The notes below the pieces were generated by a model. The model saw only the letters and a program-made list of their open reading frames with translations, was not told the origin of the DNA and did no database searches. The translations under genes were made by a program, and so were the position numbers. Source: Macrostomum lignano (Eukaryota). From it: 64,000 bases of DNA. Where the stretch lies: the NCBI GenBank assembly GCA_002269645.1, contig NIVC01001483.1, positions 62,001-126,000 on the forward strand, written 5' to 3'. Of this stretch, positions 35,350-49,400 are shown piece after piece. Within the stretch, counting starts at the first letter, position 1; each line of letters opens with the position of its first letter.

Positions 35350-37026
35350 TTTGAAATTTGTATTTAAAAATAATAATTCAGAGTGATAATGAAAAGTAAA
35401 AAATATTAAGGCAATTGCACAAGAAAAGAGAAAGATTGAGAACTACATGCATTGACACAATTTTTAAACTCAGCGAACCACACCACCCCAAAAAGCTAGA
35501 CCACCCTCTTGTATGAGTACACTTTTAATTATGTACACTAAGCCTAACTTCTCTCTCCAACACTCTATGCTAATTGGTCGACTTTTTTAGCCTAGCCTAA
35601 TTTAATTGATTTAAAAATCTGTTTCAGAAAAGGCTCAGTCCATTTGTGTAGCAATGTTGCAGTCTGATTAGAATCAATATAAGGAATATATTATTTCTCT
35701 CTGTTTTGGGGGTTTGCAGGTGAATAATTTAGAATTTGGTTTGGTCTCCTTTTACGCTTGTATTATTGTCAGTGTCAGTGTGCAGTGTACAGTGTTAGTG
35801 TATGTTAAGAGATTTAGTATTTAGTATACTTATTATATAGAAGCGATTCTAGCCAAGGTGAATGAATTTATTGGGTGCATAGGTGGCGCAATCAATATTC
35901 ACTTTCACTCGGTTAAAGTGGATATCACATGAAGCAGTTACAAAATTATTAATTTCTCAGTTTGCAAAAGCATGTTTTTCGAATATTTAATCCCTTTAGC
36001 ATTGATACATGTACCGTAAAAGGAAATTTCTGATCAAATGGGCTATCTCTTATCAATTACACTGTGGCTCTTATAATTCAATTCTTTCACCATGTTAGTT
36101 AGAGTAAAATTTATGACAATCAATTTCTCAGTCAACAAGCATCAATTCAATTTCAATTTAAGTTAGCAATATGGTTACACAATTTCAATCAAGTCTGGTG
36201 CTATGCTTCCATATTGTTTTTTTAACACTGCGAGCCCAGTACACAGACAATAAATAAATACAATATGGTTATGCAATCTCAATCAAGTTGTGTGTGCTTT
36301 TCTTTGACACTGTTTTCAACTTGTTGTGATGCAATCTTCATCACAATCGGAATTCAGCCAGTCAGTTTTTGCTCTAGCATTCTTACAATGCATTTCAGGT
36401 CAAAAGAACTTTGCAAAAAAGCACGTTTTTCGAATATTTAATCCCTTTAACATTGATCAATTTCTTAGCCAAGATGCATGTACCGTCCCAGGAAAATTTC
36501 TGATCGAATGGTGCAAGTTTGAAGAAAATTGGTTGAGCCGTTTTTTCTGAAATCTATTTCACACATACATACACACAGACAACTCATTTTTAGGATATAG
36601 GAAGGATAAGTCTTTTAACTAATGTAAATAGCAATTTTATAAGATTCTCAAAAATTCCATAATAAAAAAAGAAGCAAACAAAATTGTCAAACTCCAAGAT
36701 TGCTTTTCTTGGCCCCTCACTGGCCCTTTATTTATATTGTTTGCACAATGTATTCTAAACAAAATTTTTTTTGTAAAATGTTATTTGCTTTCATAACATT
36801 TAACCAAAAAGTATAATGATTTCTTTTTAGCATAAATTCCAATATTGTATTTTCTAAAAAAATTATAAATATAGCTAATTATACTAGAAGGCATTTTATA
36901 TTACAAAACAAGGTACACTATATCATATATTAATAATATTGTATAACTTTGATAATCTCCTTTTTATTTTAAAAATAGTTTTCATTTATTTATTTCCATA
37001 AAAATACTAATCTAGCAAGTATATGA

Positions 37027-37323
37027 CATACATGCGCAACCTCCAAAATTCAGTCAGCCATGTGACTTAGTTTTACCAAAAATGCAACAGTTTTTAACCA
37101 AAAATGTGACTTACATGTAAAAGAAACCTTGAAGCAAAATTAACGCAACTTTGGGTAAATGGCAAGAATAACTATGACTGTCTTATTAAAGCAAAATGCC
37201 TCGTCATCTACTTAGTACTACTTAAGGGTATTTATTTGGGTGGGCATCATTATGACTTACCTTGGTTGGCTACCAAATCAGTTGGCCGGATTGGCCGACT
37301 TGGTTGACTGTTGTGCATGTATG
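37027..37323. mobile_element. Second copy of the CATACATG-TIR MITE
   Basis: Inverted homolog of 24893-25187; flanks GTATATGA and ATATATGA match 7/8. Confidence 0.8.
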
Positions 37324-37331
37324 ATATATGA

Positions 37332-37920
37332 TCTCTACATATAAAAATCTAAACTCTGTCTGTCTGTCTATCTGTGTGTCTGTGGACAATTTTGTTCGCT
37401 ATAAACTCCCACCAAACCACTCAACCAAATGACACCAAATTTTACACCCACCCTAAACTCACTACGGAGAATGTCTTAGGCTACTTTTAAGTTTCTTAAA
37501 TTTGATTCTTCCTACCTAAAAGTGCAAAAAGCTGCTCAAAATGCTCGATTTTTTCACTAAATCCTCCATAGCGCTGCTCCACTTCTACCAATCCTCTTTA
37601 AATTTGACACAATCAATCTCTATCTATTTTGACACAATTGTGTAAAATTTTGAGTCTCAAAGTTAATCCTGAATGGCGCTGTGCTCTTTTAAAGTTAGGC
37701 TGTTTTTTTTCAGCAAGGCAGCCACCCCAACCTCCGCCCGCCTGCCTCTCTTTCCCAAACTGGGCCTACGTCTGATGGATGTGTAAAAGGGGTTTTAAAA
37801 TTGACTAACTTTCGGCTGCCATAAGTTTGCTCCATGTAAAGCAATTGACTTAAAACTTGACACAATTCTTTTTTGACTTATTCACTCTCTAAATATAAAG
37901 TCTCAACTCTGTAACTCAAT
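37332..37920 (+). mobile_element. Non-autonomous Helitron-like 5' segment
   Basis: A|TCTCTACATATAAAAAT...TCTGTCTGTC start; homologous to 42318-42770. Confidence 0.55.
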
Positions 37921-38497
37921 CAGAACAGAAACTGTAAGCATGTGAAGTTTGTCTGCTTTTTCTGTTGTTTGTGCCGCTCACTTACTCATTCCCCCAGCCC
38001 AGACGAAGGGTCAGGCAATAGGGCTCAATATACATAGCGAATGTACAGTATTTTGGAATAACTTTTTAATAGCCTTCTCTGTACTATCTGTGAGATATCT
38101 GTGAGAGGAGAGACAGTTTAGCGAGAGATTCAAACCACTGTCTTCTGAATAGACAAGTCTGCAGCAGCTTAACAGTTGATGGCAATGGCAATCAAGACGA
38201 TGTGGCATGTGGGATGGTTTGTAAAAATAGCAAAAAATTAATGAATAACTGATTACAATGCAATCCTACTAAATTAGTTACACCATGAAAATTTTAACAT
38301 CAAGATTCGCATAAGGTACTTTAAAAATTTAATGGGCCTTCCTAAGAAATTTGTATTTCTGGTTGTTAGACTGCTGCAGACTGTGGTGGTGGTTGTGGAG
38401 CTGGAGATTCCTCTCAGGGCTACTAATTGGCCAGAAAGATGACGTGATTAAAGCATAAGAAATGATAACAACACATCCCAAAAACTGGCTTTCAAAG

Positions 38498-38840
38498 CAG
38501 GGATTGACAGATTTTTACCTCAAAGGCCAGATAAAGAATCTAGCTCATGACTGCGGCTGCGGGCCAGATACGACTGGAGAGGAGAAGGAATAGACTATTA
38601 GAAAGAGAGGAGGGGGGAGAGGGGAATAAGAGAAATGATAGAAAAAGGGGGTGAGGAGAGAGCAGAGAATATGCGAGGAAAAAGCAAGAGGAGGGGAGAG
38701 AGGAGAGAGAGGAAAGAGTAGAGGTGAGAAGAGGTAGAGATAAGACAGGATCGATGAGAGAGGAGAGTAGAGTGAGATGAGAGTAGAGAGGAGAGATTAG
38801 AAAGGATTGAGGAGAGGAGATAAAAGGCTGAGAGAGGAGT

Positions 38841-38905
<65 letters not shown>

Positions 38906-39330
38906 GTTGAGAAAGAAGAGAGGAGAAAGGAAGGATGATAGAGTAATATGCAAGCAAGTGCTTATACATGCAAGATGAGGGGAGTGTTGATAAAGGGTAG
39001 AATAAGGAGTGAGAAGAGAGGAGAAGGAAAAAGAAATTAGAGAGAAGAGAGTAGAGAGCAGAGATAAATGAGAAGAGATAAAAGAGGAGAAAGGAGAGAT
39101 AAGAGAGCATAGACGAGAGAGAAGAGAGGAGAGGAGAGAGAAAAAAATAGAGGGGAGAGGGAAGAGACAAGAGATGGGAGAGAGGAGAGAGGAGAGAAGA
39201 AAGAAGAGATGAGAGGAGAGAAAGAAGAGATGAGAGACAATAGAAAAGATAGGAATCAGAAGAGAAAATACAAGTTTCAAAGGATGCAAGGGACATAGGG
39301 AGAAGCAGAGGTAGAGGCCAGAGTTTGCCT
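38498..39330 (+). mobile_element. hAT-like MITE with ~700-bp polypurine tract including a (GA)n microsatellite
   Basis: Ends match the 24320-24717 family; (GA)n at ~38845-38898. Confidence 0.6.
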
Positions 39331-41769
39331 GCAGCCTGACATTCTGCGCAGCATCCCAGCCAACAATATCAATTAATGTTCGCCTCAAATCCTAATTTTA
39401 CACAAATGTACTCTATTTTATGTTTAACTCTATCCTAACGATTCTAACGTTCTTGTTTGAGTTTGACCTCAGATTTTAGAATACATGCAAAAATAATTGT
39501 GGGGATTGGAATTCCTTGGGTTCAAAATCTGCGGGTTTCAACAGCTTGTATATCTATAAAAATGAAAACTACTATTCGCTTTTTGATTTAGAAGCAAGAA
39601 AAATGCTTGTAGACAGATTGCTTGCTAAGATTTCCCCACAGGAGATTTGCTTGCTGAGCTTGTCCCATAAAGATTTGCCCACAGTGCATTTTGCCCATGA
39701 GTGAATTTCCTATAGAGATTTGTCCACCAAGATTTACCTACAATGCAATTTGCCCATGAGTGAATTGCCCATTAAGTTTTTTCTCACACATTTAGATTTT
39801 GTCTGCATTGCCTCTTTAATGCTTAATAAGTTTTAATTAAAAGATTTACACAATAAAAACATATTGATAATAACTGCATATCAAATGCATAGTTTTTTGG
39901 GTTGAGGGCAATGTATACAGAATCTAGCTGCCAAATGCGCTATAGAAAAAATGCATTATGGGCAAACTTTGGCAGGCAAATCTCCAGGGGTAATTCACTC
40001 ACAGGCAAAACAAACTATACCCAAAATTTTGCAATGAAAATGCCCAAAATTTTGGGTACCCAAAATTCTAGCCAATATTTTGGGCTATTTCTACACCTAG
40101 GTATACATACTAATTGTAAAAGCCACAGTGTGGATCATGTCGAAATTTCTAGTTTTTGTCAATTCTAAACCAATGTAAATAAAAAAATGTACTCCAAATT
40201 TAAAGTAGTTTAGAAGCCATATTTATTAGAAAAATTATTCTTTAAAAATTAGTTATACCAAACTTATGCCTTTTCTACTTTTGACATGTGATGGAATGCC
40301 TGTGACACAAAAAACCCAAGGACTAATAGGGGCTAATGTTAAGAGGACTGTTTTTATCTCAACAAAAGTTATGATGAATCATTTTCATGGGAAGCTCTTA
40401 AGTCCTTAGAATGGGCTCAAGCAACAAAGATAGAAAAAATGACATTATATGCATATTGGTATTAAAATAGGAGAGAGCTCTAAAGTTAAGACATGTTTTC
40501 ACTTTTAATACGTAAGTAGCTCTTAAGCCCCGGGGGTTAGGGACTCAAACATTTTTGACACCATATGCACATGTTGTGGTTGGGATAGTGGGGGCTCAAG
40601 GTTAAGATGAATGAAGCAAATAGAAAAGCCATTAGAGCAATTGCTTTAACCAAACAAGGCTATACTATAAAAGAGGCTTCTTGGAAGCCAATTGATGATT
40701 GGACCATCACCCTCACAGAAGAAGTTGCATGGTAAAATTTAGAGATTCTTTATTTTACTTACTTAATTTTTAGAATCTGGGAAAACAATTTGCTAGAAAT
40801 TGTCAGGAAATGAAAAGAAAAAAGGAGAAAAAAACAAGGGAAAAAAGAAATAGTGATCGATCAAAATTATTTTTTGTATTGAAATCAAAATTGAAATAGA
40901 AATTTTTTGAGCTCAACAAATTTTTACATTTTTGTTAATCATGCAAAAAGTTTAACACCTTGCATTTGCATACACAAGCTTACATGTTTTTTATAAAAAA
41001 ATATCCTTAGTGTTTGAACTAGAATACTTGAAACTACTCACTTAAAGATTATAAAATATAAAATGCTAGTGTATTATATATTATATGCCGTGCTCAGAAT
41101 AGAGGGTTGTTATACTTCACTGCTATTGAAACCAGAGATCTAGATATATCAATTGCATTAAAGCTTCAAAAAGTCTTTAGTCAATTATAATCCACACACT
41201 AATGAGTAATGGCCTTTGTGGAAATTGAGGTGGGTATAGCACAAGGCCTAGAACAATGTGTATGCCTCATAATATTTTCTTGTATAAAGGCAATTCTCAT
41301 CTCCCCACTAAGTCTTTGAACTGTATTTGCTTTCACTTCTTATAGATTTTCCTACTTGTATAGCATAATTATTAGTGTCTAATTGTTAAAATATAACTCA
41401 AAATTTTTAAATGATTTTTAATGAATAATGTTGAAATTTAAAATTGAAATTGCTTGAATGCAAAATTGGGTTTGATATTTGGAATATCAAAATCAAAATT
41501 GAGTTTCAATCCATCACTAGGAAGGAAGATAGAAGAGAGGAGAGAATCTTACTATTCACCATTAGTCTTGCCTATGTAGTCCTTGTAACTTAAGTACAAG
41601 GGCTGTCCTAGAAATAGCGGGAAAAATGTACAGAGGCTGACTGTGATATTCGAATTTGATGAAACTTGCGTCATAAGTAGGGAAAAATCCAACAGTTATT
41701 TTGCTTTTTAAATGGGGTGAGAATGTCAATTCATTCAAAATTGTTTGTCTATAAATAGAACAAGGGGTA

Positions 41770-42115
41770 GGGGGTACAGATGACAGATGATAGATAGGAG
41801 AGAAAAGGGGAGTATGAGAGATGAGATGAGAGATCAGATAGGAGAGAGACGAGAAGGGAGAAAGGAGGAGAGCAATGAAAGATCAGATATTAGAGAGTTA
41901 AGAGAATAAAGTAGTGAGGATAAAGAAGAGGGTAAAGATGAAGTGTAGAGAGGAGAGCTGATTCAATGAGAAAGGAGAGAAGAGAAGAGACAATGGAAAA
42001 GAGAGAAAAGAGAGGAGAGGAGATGGGTGATAGTAGAAAGGAGGGAAGAAAGATAGGAGATAAGAATGTAAAGGGTGATATGAGAGATAAGAGCAGAAAA
42101 GAGAAAGGAGACATG
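41770..42115 (+). repeat. Polypurine low-complexity tract
   Basis: G/A-rich sequence; it explains the spurious S/L/F-rich minus-strand ORFs. Confidence 0.8.
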
Positions 42116-42317
42116 AGAGTCCAAGTCTAGAAAATGCCAGCCAGTTTTTGCAAACAGAGAAAACAAGATGTGGCATTTGAACGACTTTGTAGATGATTTA
42201 GAGATGATTTGGAAGATGGGATTCAAGTCATGGAATTTGAGCTGATGGATTTCAGGGAATGGAATTCTGGTAATGGGAGTTCTTCCCCTTTTTCTTCCAA
42301 AGGAGGAGTTCCACTCA

Positions 42318-42770
42318 TCTACATATAAAAATGAAAACTCTGTGTGTCTGTCTGTGTATATACAATTTTGATTGCTATGGACTCCCAAACTGCTCAACCA
42401 AATTATACCAAATTTTGCACCCTTCCTAAACTCACTATGGAGAATGTCTTAGGCCACCTTTAAATTTCCACCTTTTTAATTTCCTAAATTTGAGTCTTCC
42501 TACCTAGAAGTGCAAAAAACTGCTCATTTTTCCTCCAAATCCTCCAAAGTGCTAAAGTTAGACTGCTTTTTTTCAGCGCAGTAACCACCCCAACCTCCGC
42601 CCCTCTCTCTTTTCCTTATCTGGTGAGATATGGAAAATGGGTTCGAAAATTGACTACTTTTGGCTGCCATAAGCTTGCTTCACATAAAGCAATTAATTGA
42701 CTTCAAACTTGACACAATTCTTCATTGATTTATATTCTGTCTAAATGTAAAGTCTTAACTGCCACCAACC
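42318..42770 (+). mobile_element. Non-autonomous Helitron-like 5' segment, second copy
   Basis: A|TCTACATATAAAAATG start; homology to 37332-37920. Confidence 0.55.
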
Positions 42771-43224
42771 CTACCCCTAAGTTGCACCACTGTTACCCAA
42801 CAATCTACATGTCCTATTAAGAATGCTATAAATTTCTCTTTACTACTTTCTACACAATCACTTTCAATTTAGCTTTAGTCCTTACCAATTATATTCACTA
42901 TAGAACAAATTTAAGCAAGATAGCTATTATAAACATTATTATATTGATTAAAAACATACAATTTTGTGTTGGGCCTTGTCCCATTTTTACTTAGAAATTA
43001 GATGATAATGACTAATTTGTTTTTTTCTTATTTCTTTTCAGCTTTTAGCATTCAGTTTAATAAATAGTCATAATCATTGAGTATATATGCCTTAACTGGC
43101 CAATCGGCATAACAAGTTTAAGTGAGAAATTGGATTTAAGTTCAAGTTCGTGTTCAATTTTAGGAATAAGACGTTTGAACGAGCGAGGCCTGAGCACGAT
43201 CATCTAAAGAAAACAACGCGGAAA

Positions 43225-43499
43225 ATGAGCGAAACAGACGGTGCTAATGCAGGTGCTACTGCAAGTACAAACACTGACTCGAACTTTTTAGAATCCGCAG
43301 CAGCCGATGGTAACTTGGAAGTGGTACAGTATCTTGTCAAACTGATCAAAGTAGATAAAAGCGCGATGTGTCTGAGAGCAGCGAAACGCGCTGGCGACAA
43401 AGGTCATTTCAAAGTGATGAATTTTTTGCTGAAGGAAGTTCAAGAGCTACGTCAGGCGGATTATAGAGAAACAAATCCGGCTGGCCGCACTCGCTCGAG
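43225..43499 (+). CDS. Ankyrin-like exon
   Basis: AAADGNLEVVQYLV / AGDKGHFKVMNFLL; donor AG|GTGAGT; a possible phase-2 acceptor at 43163. Confidence 0.65.
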
Positions 43500-46400
43500 G
43501 TGAGTCACTGTTTGAATATGAGGTGTATAGCCGATGCAATAAATAATGTAGACTGTGAATTTGAATTTGTGACTTCCTTTGCGACGACTGTGACAGGTGA
43601 CAGCAAAACACTACATAATATATTTTCATCCCATTCAAATATCATGCCACCACAAAAATGAGCAGATAGCCATTTCTACTGCCCATGGGGTCCATTCGAC
43701 TTGAATGAGCTGTCAGTAAACTGGTTTTGAAAATGCTGAACAAAAAAAACTTTGAAAATTGAACATGAAGCGAATAAAAATTCACCAAATCTTAGGTCGG
43801 GCAGCCACCTGTTTGATAACGACTGGAACAAAATCCGCACTCTTGGCCGAGGTGCCTCTGGTACCGTTCACGAGGTGCTGACCGACATTGGCATCAGATG
43901 TGCTACAAAAACTATTGCACTGCCAATGCAGCTCAGTGGTGTGGCAGCCGAAGTGCGTAAAAAAATTGACAAATGTCTCGAGGCCGAGAAAAACCTGTGC
44001 GAACTGCAGCATGACAACATTGTCAAATATCTGTACATTTATCAGCCAGAGCGAGAGCCAGCCACAGTTGTCTTGTTCATGGAGCTTCTTGATGGCTGCT
44101 CCTTGGATAAATTTATTGCTAAGTCATCGAAACTGGATGAAGAGACCATCGGGCTGTTCAGCACACAGGTCAGACCGTTATCCTATAATTTTATAATACT
44201 GTAAGCAAATAATGTTAACGACTCATTGGCATGCAGCCGCTCACTTTCTGAACCATTTCTCAGATCTGCAGCGCTCTGGCTTACATTCACAGCCAAGAGC
44301 CAGCCGTGATCCACAGAGACATCAACTGTAGAAATATTGTTGTTCTCGCTGACAAAAAGCGAATCAAACTGGTTGATTTTGGCCTCTCAATCAAGCTTGA
44401 GCTTGATCCGGAACCCAAAGGCACTATGCCATTCATGGCACCAGAGCTGCTGGGGGGTAAAGATGATTCGAGCAATCCACACTACAGCAAATCGTCGGAC
44501 ATTTGGGCGTTCGGCTGCTCAGTCTACCAGATGGCCTCGGGCAAGCTGCCCTTTTCCGACTGCCGAAAACACAAAATCCCCGAGCTGCTGCATGAGAACG
44601 GCGCCCCGAGACTCCCGGATGGCTGCTCAGCAGAGCTGCGAGATTTCTACGACTGCTGCACCGCTCGAGAGCCAAAGGACAGGAAGTCGGCGGGGGACCT
44701 GCTTGGGCACGAGTTTCTGGCTCCTTTTGAAAGGTAAATAAAAAAATCCATAATACGCTCGTACTTGTAGCATCGAGTACCGTATTATTTTTGGAGACAA
44801 ATGGAGATTTTAGAAAAATTCACCATAAAAGACGTAACACAACTGCCCTGAGGCTCTATATTGGTATTTTAGGTTTAATACTTGATACTCCTTGGTGCAC
44901 GAGTTGTTAACTTCCCTTAAATAGAAAATTTTTATATTTTTTATTTTCTTTTTTTTGCTTTATTTCGAGTTAGTTTGCCTCACAGATACTAGAACACTGT
45001 AGAACTTGTTCTAGTATCTGTGGTTTGCCTTAAGCTCGTACAATATAAGTCAGCAATCTCGGCGTGCATTTAACCATAACTTTAATGAATCCCTTTATAG
45101 CCTACCATTCCTGGCGCGTTGGGATTCAGTTCGTCTTATTGGCAGAGGTGGCTTTGGCGAAGTGCACGAAGTACTGACAGACAAGGGAATCAGATGCGCA
45201 ACAAAGACGCTAAGAATTCCAGTACAGCTACTAGATGATCCGCTGGTCTCAGTGCAGGGAATATTACAAAGAGATATTCAAGCCGAAAGAAACCTCTGCC
45301 AACTCCGTCACCCAAACATTGTTAAGTTTTTGCATATGACACAGCCAGAACCAGCAACTTTTGTTGTCTTCATGGAGCTTCTGGACGGCGACACTTTAGT
45401 GAAATTTATCGATGGCAAGCCGCTGGACGAAGGAACAATTCGGGATTTCAGCAAGCAGGCAAGACTTTCACCCATGACATTTTCTTGTTCAACGTAGTAA
45501 TATTATTGCCAACTATTATACTATATCCTATTCTTTTCTTTCCACGCAATCCACCCTTTGTCCTGTTCTGCACCACCCACCTGTGCCATCTAGCCATCCC
45601 TCTCTACAATGCTGCGGCATTTATTGTAGCCGTTTCTATCATTTCTGTTATTGAAAGCTGGCCTAAATTTTTAATCATTCTCTAGTTTTCACCAATTGAT
45701 CAACTGCTATTATTAATGTGGTCCTGGTTTTTCAATTGCATGCAGTCTTTTAACCCTCCAAAATCTTTTTCATTTTTCAGATCTGCAGTGCGCTTTTCTA
45801 TATGCACAGCCGACAACCACCCGTGATCCACAGAGATATCAACAGCTCCAACATTATTGTGCTTAAAGGCAATAAGTCAATCAAACTGATTGATTTCGGT
45901 CTGTCAATCAAACTAGAGCAGTCAGTAACCCACTTGTCTACCATCAGTATTACACCTAAAGGCACCTTAAATTTCCTGGCGCCAGAGCTGATTGGATTAG
46001 GTGAATCAGACAGCGTGCAATACAGCAGAGAGTCCGACATCTGGGCATTCGGCTGCTCTGTTTTTCATATGGCCTCCGGTGAAAGGCCTCATGCGAGATC
46101 GACCAGCATCATTAACCTGGCTATGCTAATTGATAGAATGGGAGCCCCAGCCCTGCCAAGTGGCTGCCCTTCTGAACTAATTGATTTCTACAGATGCTGT
46201 ACCTTTAAGGATCGAAAACAGCGAAGTTCCGCTGAGGAACTGATGGAACACGGTTTTTTAACTAACCATATTCAGTAAGTGATAAATTTTACGAATAATT
46301 GTTATGTTTTCTTTTACACCGAAGAAAGACGGAAGATAGTGTTTGAGCGTTTGCGAGCTTATGCCACTCGAGAGCATAGCCGTTTCAGAATCTTAATATA

Positions 46401-49400
46401 TTTCTTTGGCTCGCGAGCCGTCTCAAGCATTTAATACTGTACCGAGTATCTAGAGTTTCAACCCTAGACACTTTAGAAGCAGAAAGCAAACGAGGCCGAA
46501 GTCTATAAGAAGTCAGAAGTCACGTCACAACATCCCTCTTCCTTTCAATCTTGAGCCTGATACCTCTCCGGCGGTCTTCGCGTTCGCTGAGGGTATCTGC
46601 GATCCGCCATCGGTTGATCCTCAGCACTTGGAGGTTCTCTCACTGGCTCATTCGTTGCCTCGGCTCTGTCCCTGACATGGTCACGGTGCACGACCAGATC
46701 TCGTCCTTGCTCGTCCCGCACTCGTCTCAACTGTTCGCCGACAGCTTCGCGCAGCACTTCCACTCCTTGTTAAACGGATCCTGGACCCAGACTGGGCTGT
46801 AGGCTTGGTCAATCCGCTTGTCTTGAAAGGACCGACGGTGCAGCAGTGAGAGTCTCGTGTTGAACTCGCGCCCAAACATTTCTCGGCACGGCGCGACTCC
46901 GTTGGCTCTTGGACAGACTCGCACCGCGTACAAAGCCTGTTGCATCCGAACCTCCGGATCTGAATCATTCAGCTGCTTCAGCTTGGTCTTCAGCTTTTTC
47001 ACTGCAGCCTCTGCTACGCCATTTGATGCGGGGTGGTAGCGGGGAGACTTCAGGTGTAACACTCCCATCCGCTTCAGCCAGGCCTCCGTCTCATGCGCCA
47101 CAAACTGTCGTCCGTTGTCAGTGACTAGTACATCTGGGATGCCAAAGTTGCAAAATGTTCTGCGGAATACTCTGATGACCGACGTTGCATCGATTTCGCG
47201 CACCCATTCGGCAGCGATGAATCCCGTCTTGGCGTCTGAAACCACCAGAAAGTTGCTTCCATCCAGTTGTCCCAGGTCAGCGTGCACTCGGCACCAAGCC
47301 TCCTTTGGTACTGGCCATGGTTTGAGCACCGATTTCTGGGATGGTCTCATGCGCTGGCACGTGTGGCATTCCGAAACGCACTTTTCTATCTCTGTCTCCA
47401 TTAGCGGCCACCAGACATACTGGCGGGCCCACGCCTTCATGGCTTGCATTCCGGGATGGGAACAGTGGAGAAATTGGATGACTTGCGCTCGGAACTTCAC
47501 CGGGATGACGATCCGATGGTCCAGTAGCAGTAGATGGTCGCTGCAATTCAGTCTGCACTGTACTCTTCTGTATGAGTCCGGCACGTCCTCACCAGATCGC
47601 AACCTCTGTAGAACGTCTTGGATCTCCTTGTCCTCCTTGGACGCCTGCTCCATCTGATCCTTCGTGACTGGTCCATCTTCTGACAGGGCGATGTCCACCG
47701 CAGCAACTTCGTTAACCGCTTCAGTCGCCGTTTTGTCGCTCCAGTTATTTCCGTCAGTTGGTAGTCTCGACAACGCGTCGGCATGAGGAATTTCGTGCGT
47801 TCTTTTGCCTCTGACTAGGTACTGGTACGTAGCCAGCAACTCAGCCCAGCGCTGAACTCTCTTACTTGCTCTCTCGGGCAGGTCTTTGTGTGATGCGAAT
47901 AAGAATTCTAGAGGCTTGTGATCGGTCACAATCACAAAACTCCGATAAGCTAGGAATCGATTTAGCTTCTTGACGCACCAGACCACTCCGAGGGCTTCTC
48001 GTTCTAGCTGGCTGTATCGCGACTCCGCAGGTGTGAGTTTCTTGGACACAAACGCTACAGGCCTTCCATTCTGCTCCAGCACTCCTCCAATGCCGTAGGG
48101 CGATGCATCTGTAGTCAGAGTTAGCTCCTTACTTGGATCGTACGGCGCTAGCACCTGCCTTGATGTAATGTCCTGCTTCAATTGCATCACGGCCTTCGTG
48201 TGTTCTTGTTGCCATGTCCAGCTGACATCTTTCTTCAGCAAGTTATACAGAATGGCAGTCTTCGTGGCCACTTGCGGGATGAACGGCGCATAGAAATTTA
48301 TCAGTCCCAGAAATGTTCTCAGCTCTTCCTGGTTTCTTGGATCTTCCATGCTTTGTATTGCCGTCACCTTATCCTCGTTCATGCAGCATCCCTCCTTTGA
48401 GATCTTAAGGGCTAGAAACTCGACCTCTTCCTTGTCGAACTGGCACTTCTTAGCATTCAGTGTGATGTCATTCTCTTGCAGCCTTTTAAGTATTATTTCC
48501 GTCTTCTCGGCTAAATTTTCCCGGTTTTTTCCACAGACTAGAATGTCGTCAATAAACACCACCACTCCGAGGACATCCCGAAGCAACTCGCATAGTGTGT
48601 TCTGAAACAATCCAGGAGCAGATGACAGTCCGTATGGTAATACCCTGTACCGAAAGTAACCAAAAGGTGTTGCGATAGTAGTGATATCCCGTGAGTCCTC
48701 GCACAGCTCCAGGTTATGGTATGCATCCTTCAAATCTAGCACAGTGAAACGGCTGCATCCTGAGATGGCTCGTTGCACGTCCGCCTTTGTTGGCATATCG
48801 ATTGGCGGTAGCCGTAAAAACTGGTTGACCCGTCTATAGTCTCCACACAGCCTGATGTCTCCCGAGCTTTTGGGAACGACCACAATCGGACTAGCGAACA
48901 CCGGCTGTTCTACTTTTTCAATTATCTTCCGCTTTTCCAGATCTTCTAATCTTTCCTTAACGGCTGGTACCAGCGAAAATGGGAGTGGTCGGGCCTTCGA
49001 TACCACCGGTCTCGTGTTTTCTCGTACTTCCAACTTTACTTGAATTCGCTTATAAGCCACTGAAGCTTGACAACGGCGTTTGGTAATTTCGATACCCAAA
49101 CTACTAAACCAATTTCGGCCAATAACCGGCTTTGCGTTCATGTCCATGACTACCACAGGTAATGAGCACTTACTTTCATCTTCGGTCTGAACTCGAACAT
49201 CTGCGGTACCACATACTGGTAGGTCTTGTCTTCCGTATGATGTTAGTCGACAATTTGGGTCTGTCCAATGCAGTCCTAGTTGTTCAGCCAAAATCTTAAA
49301 AATGCAGGTCACTGATGCACCAGAGTCCACCATCATAGCAACATCCTTATCGTTCAGTTTTACATTGATCCAGACGCTTGATCTGTCCCGGTCATCGCAT

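Larger units (their letters stand above)
28095..36606 (-). mobile_element. Decayed autonomous-type Helitron (~8.5 kb)
   Basis: 5' A|TC at 36606. 3' hairpin TGCCCC-N5-GGGGCA (28107-28123) lies 8 nt before CTAG (28095-28098). Rep, PIF1 helicase and OTU remnants inside. The ends are inferred. Confidence 0.7.

Noticed and set aside
38540-39388. Long Ser/Leu/Phe-rich ORFs (also 24276-24647 and 41890-42397)
   Set aside because: Reverse-strand readings of polypurine low-complexity tracts.
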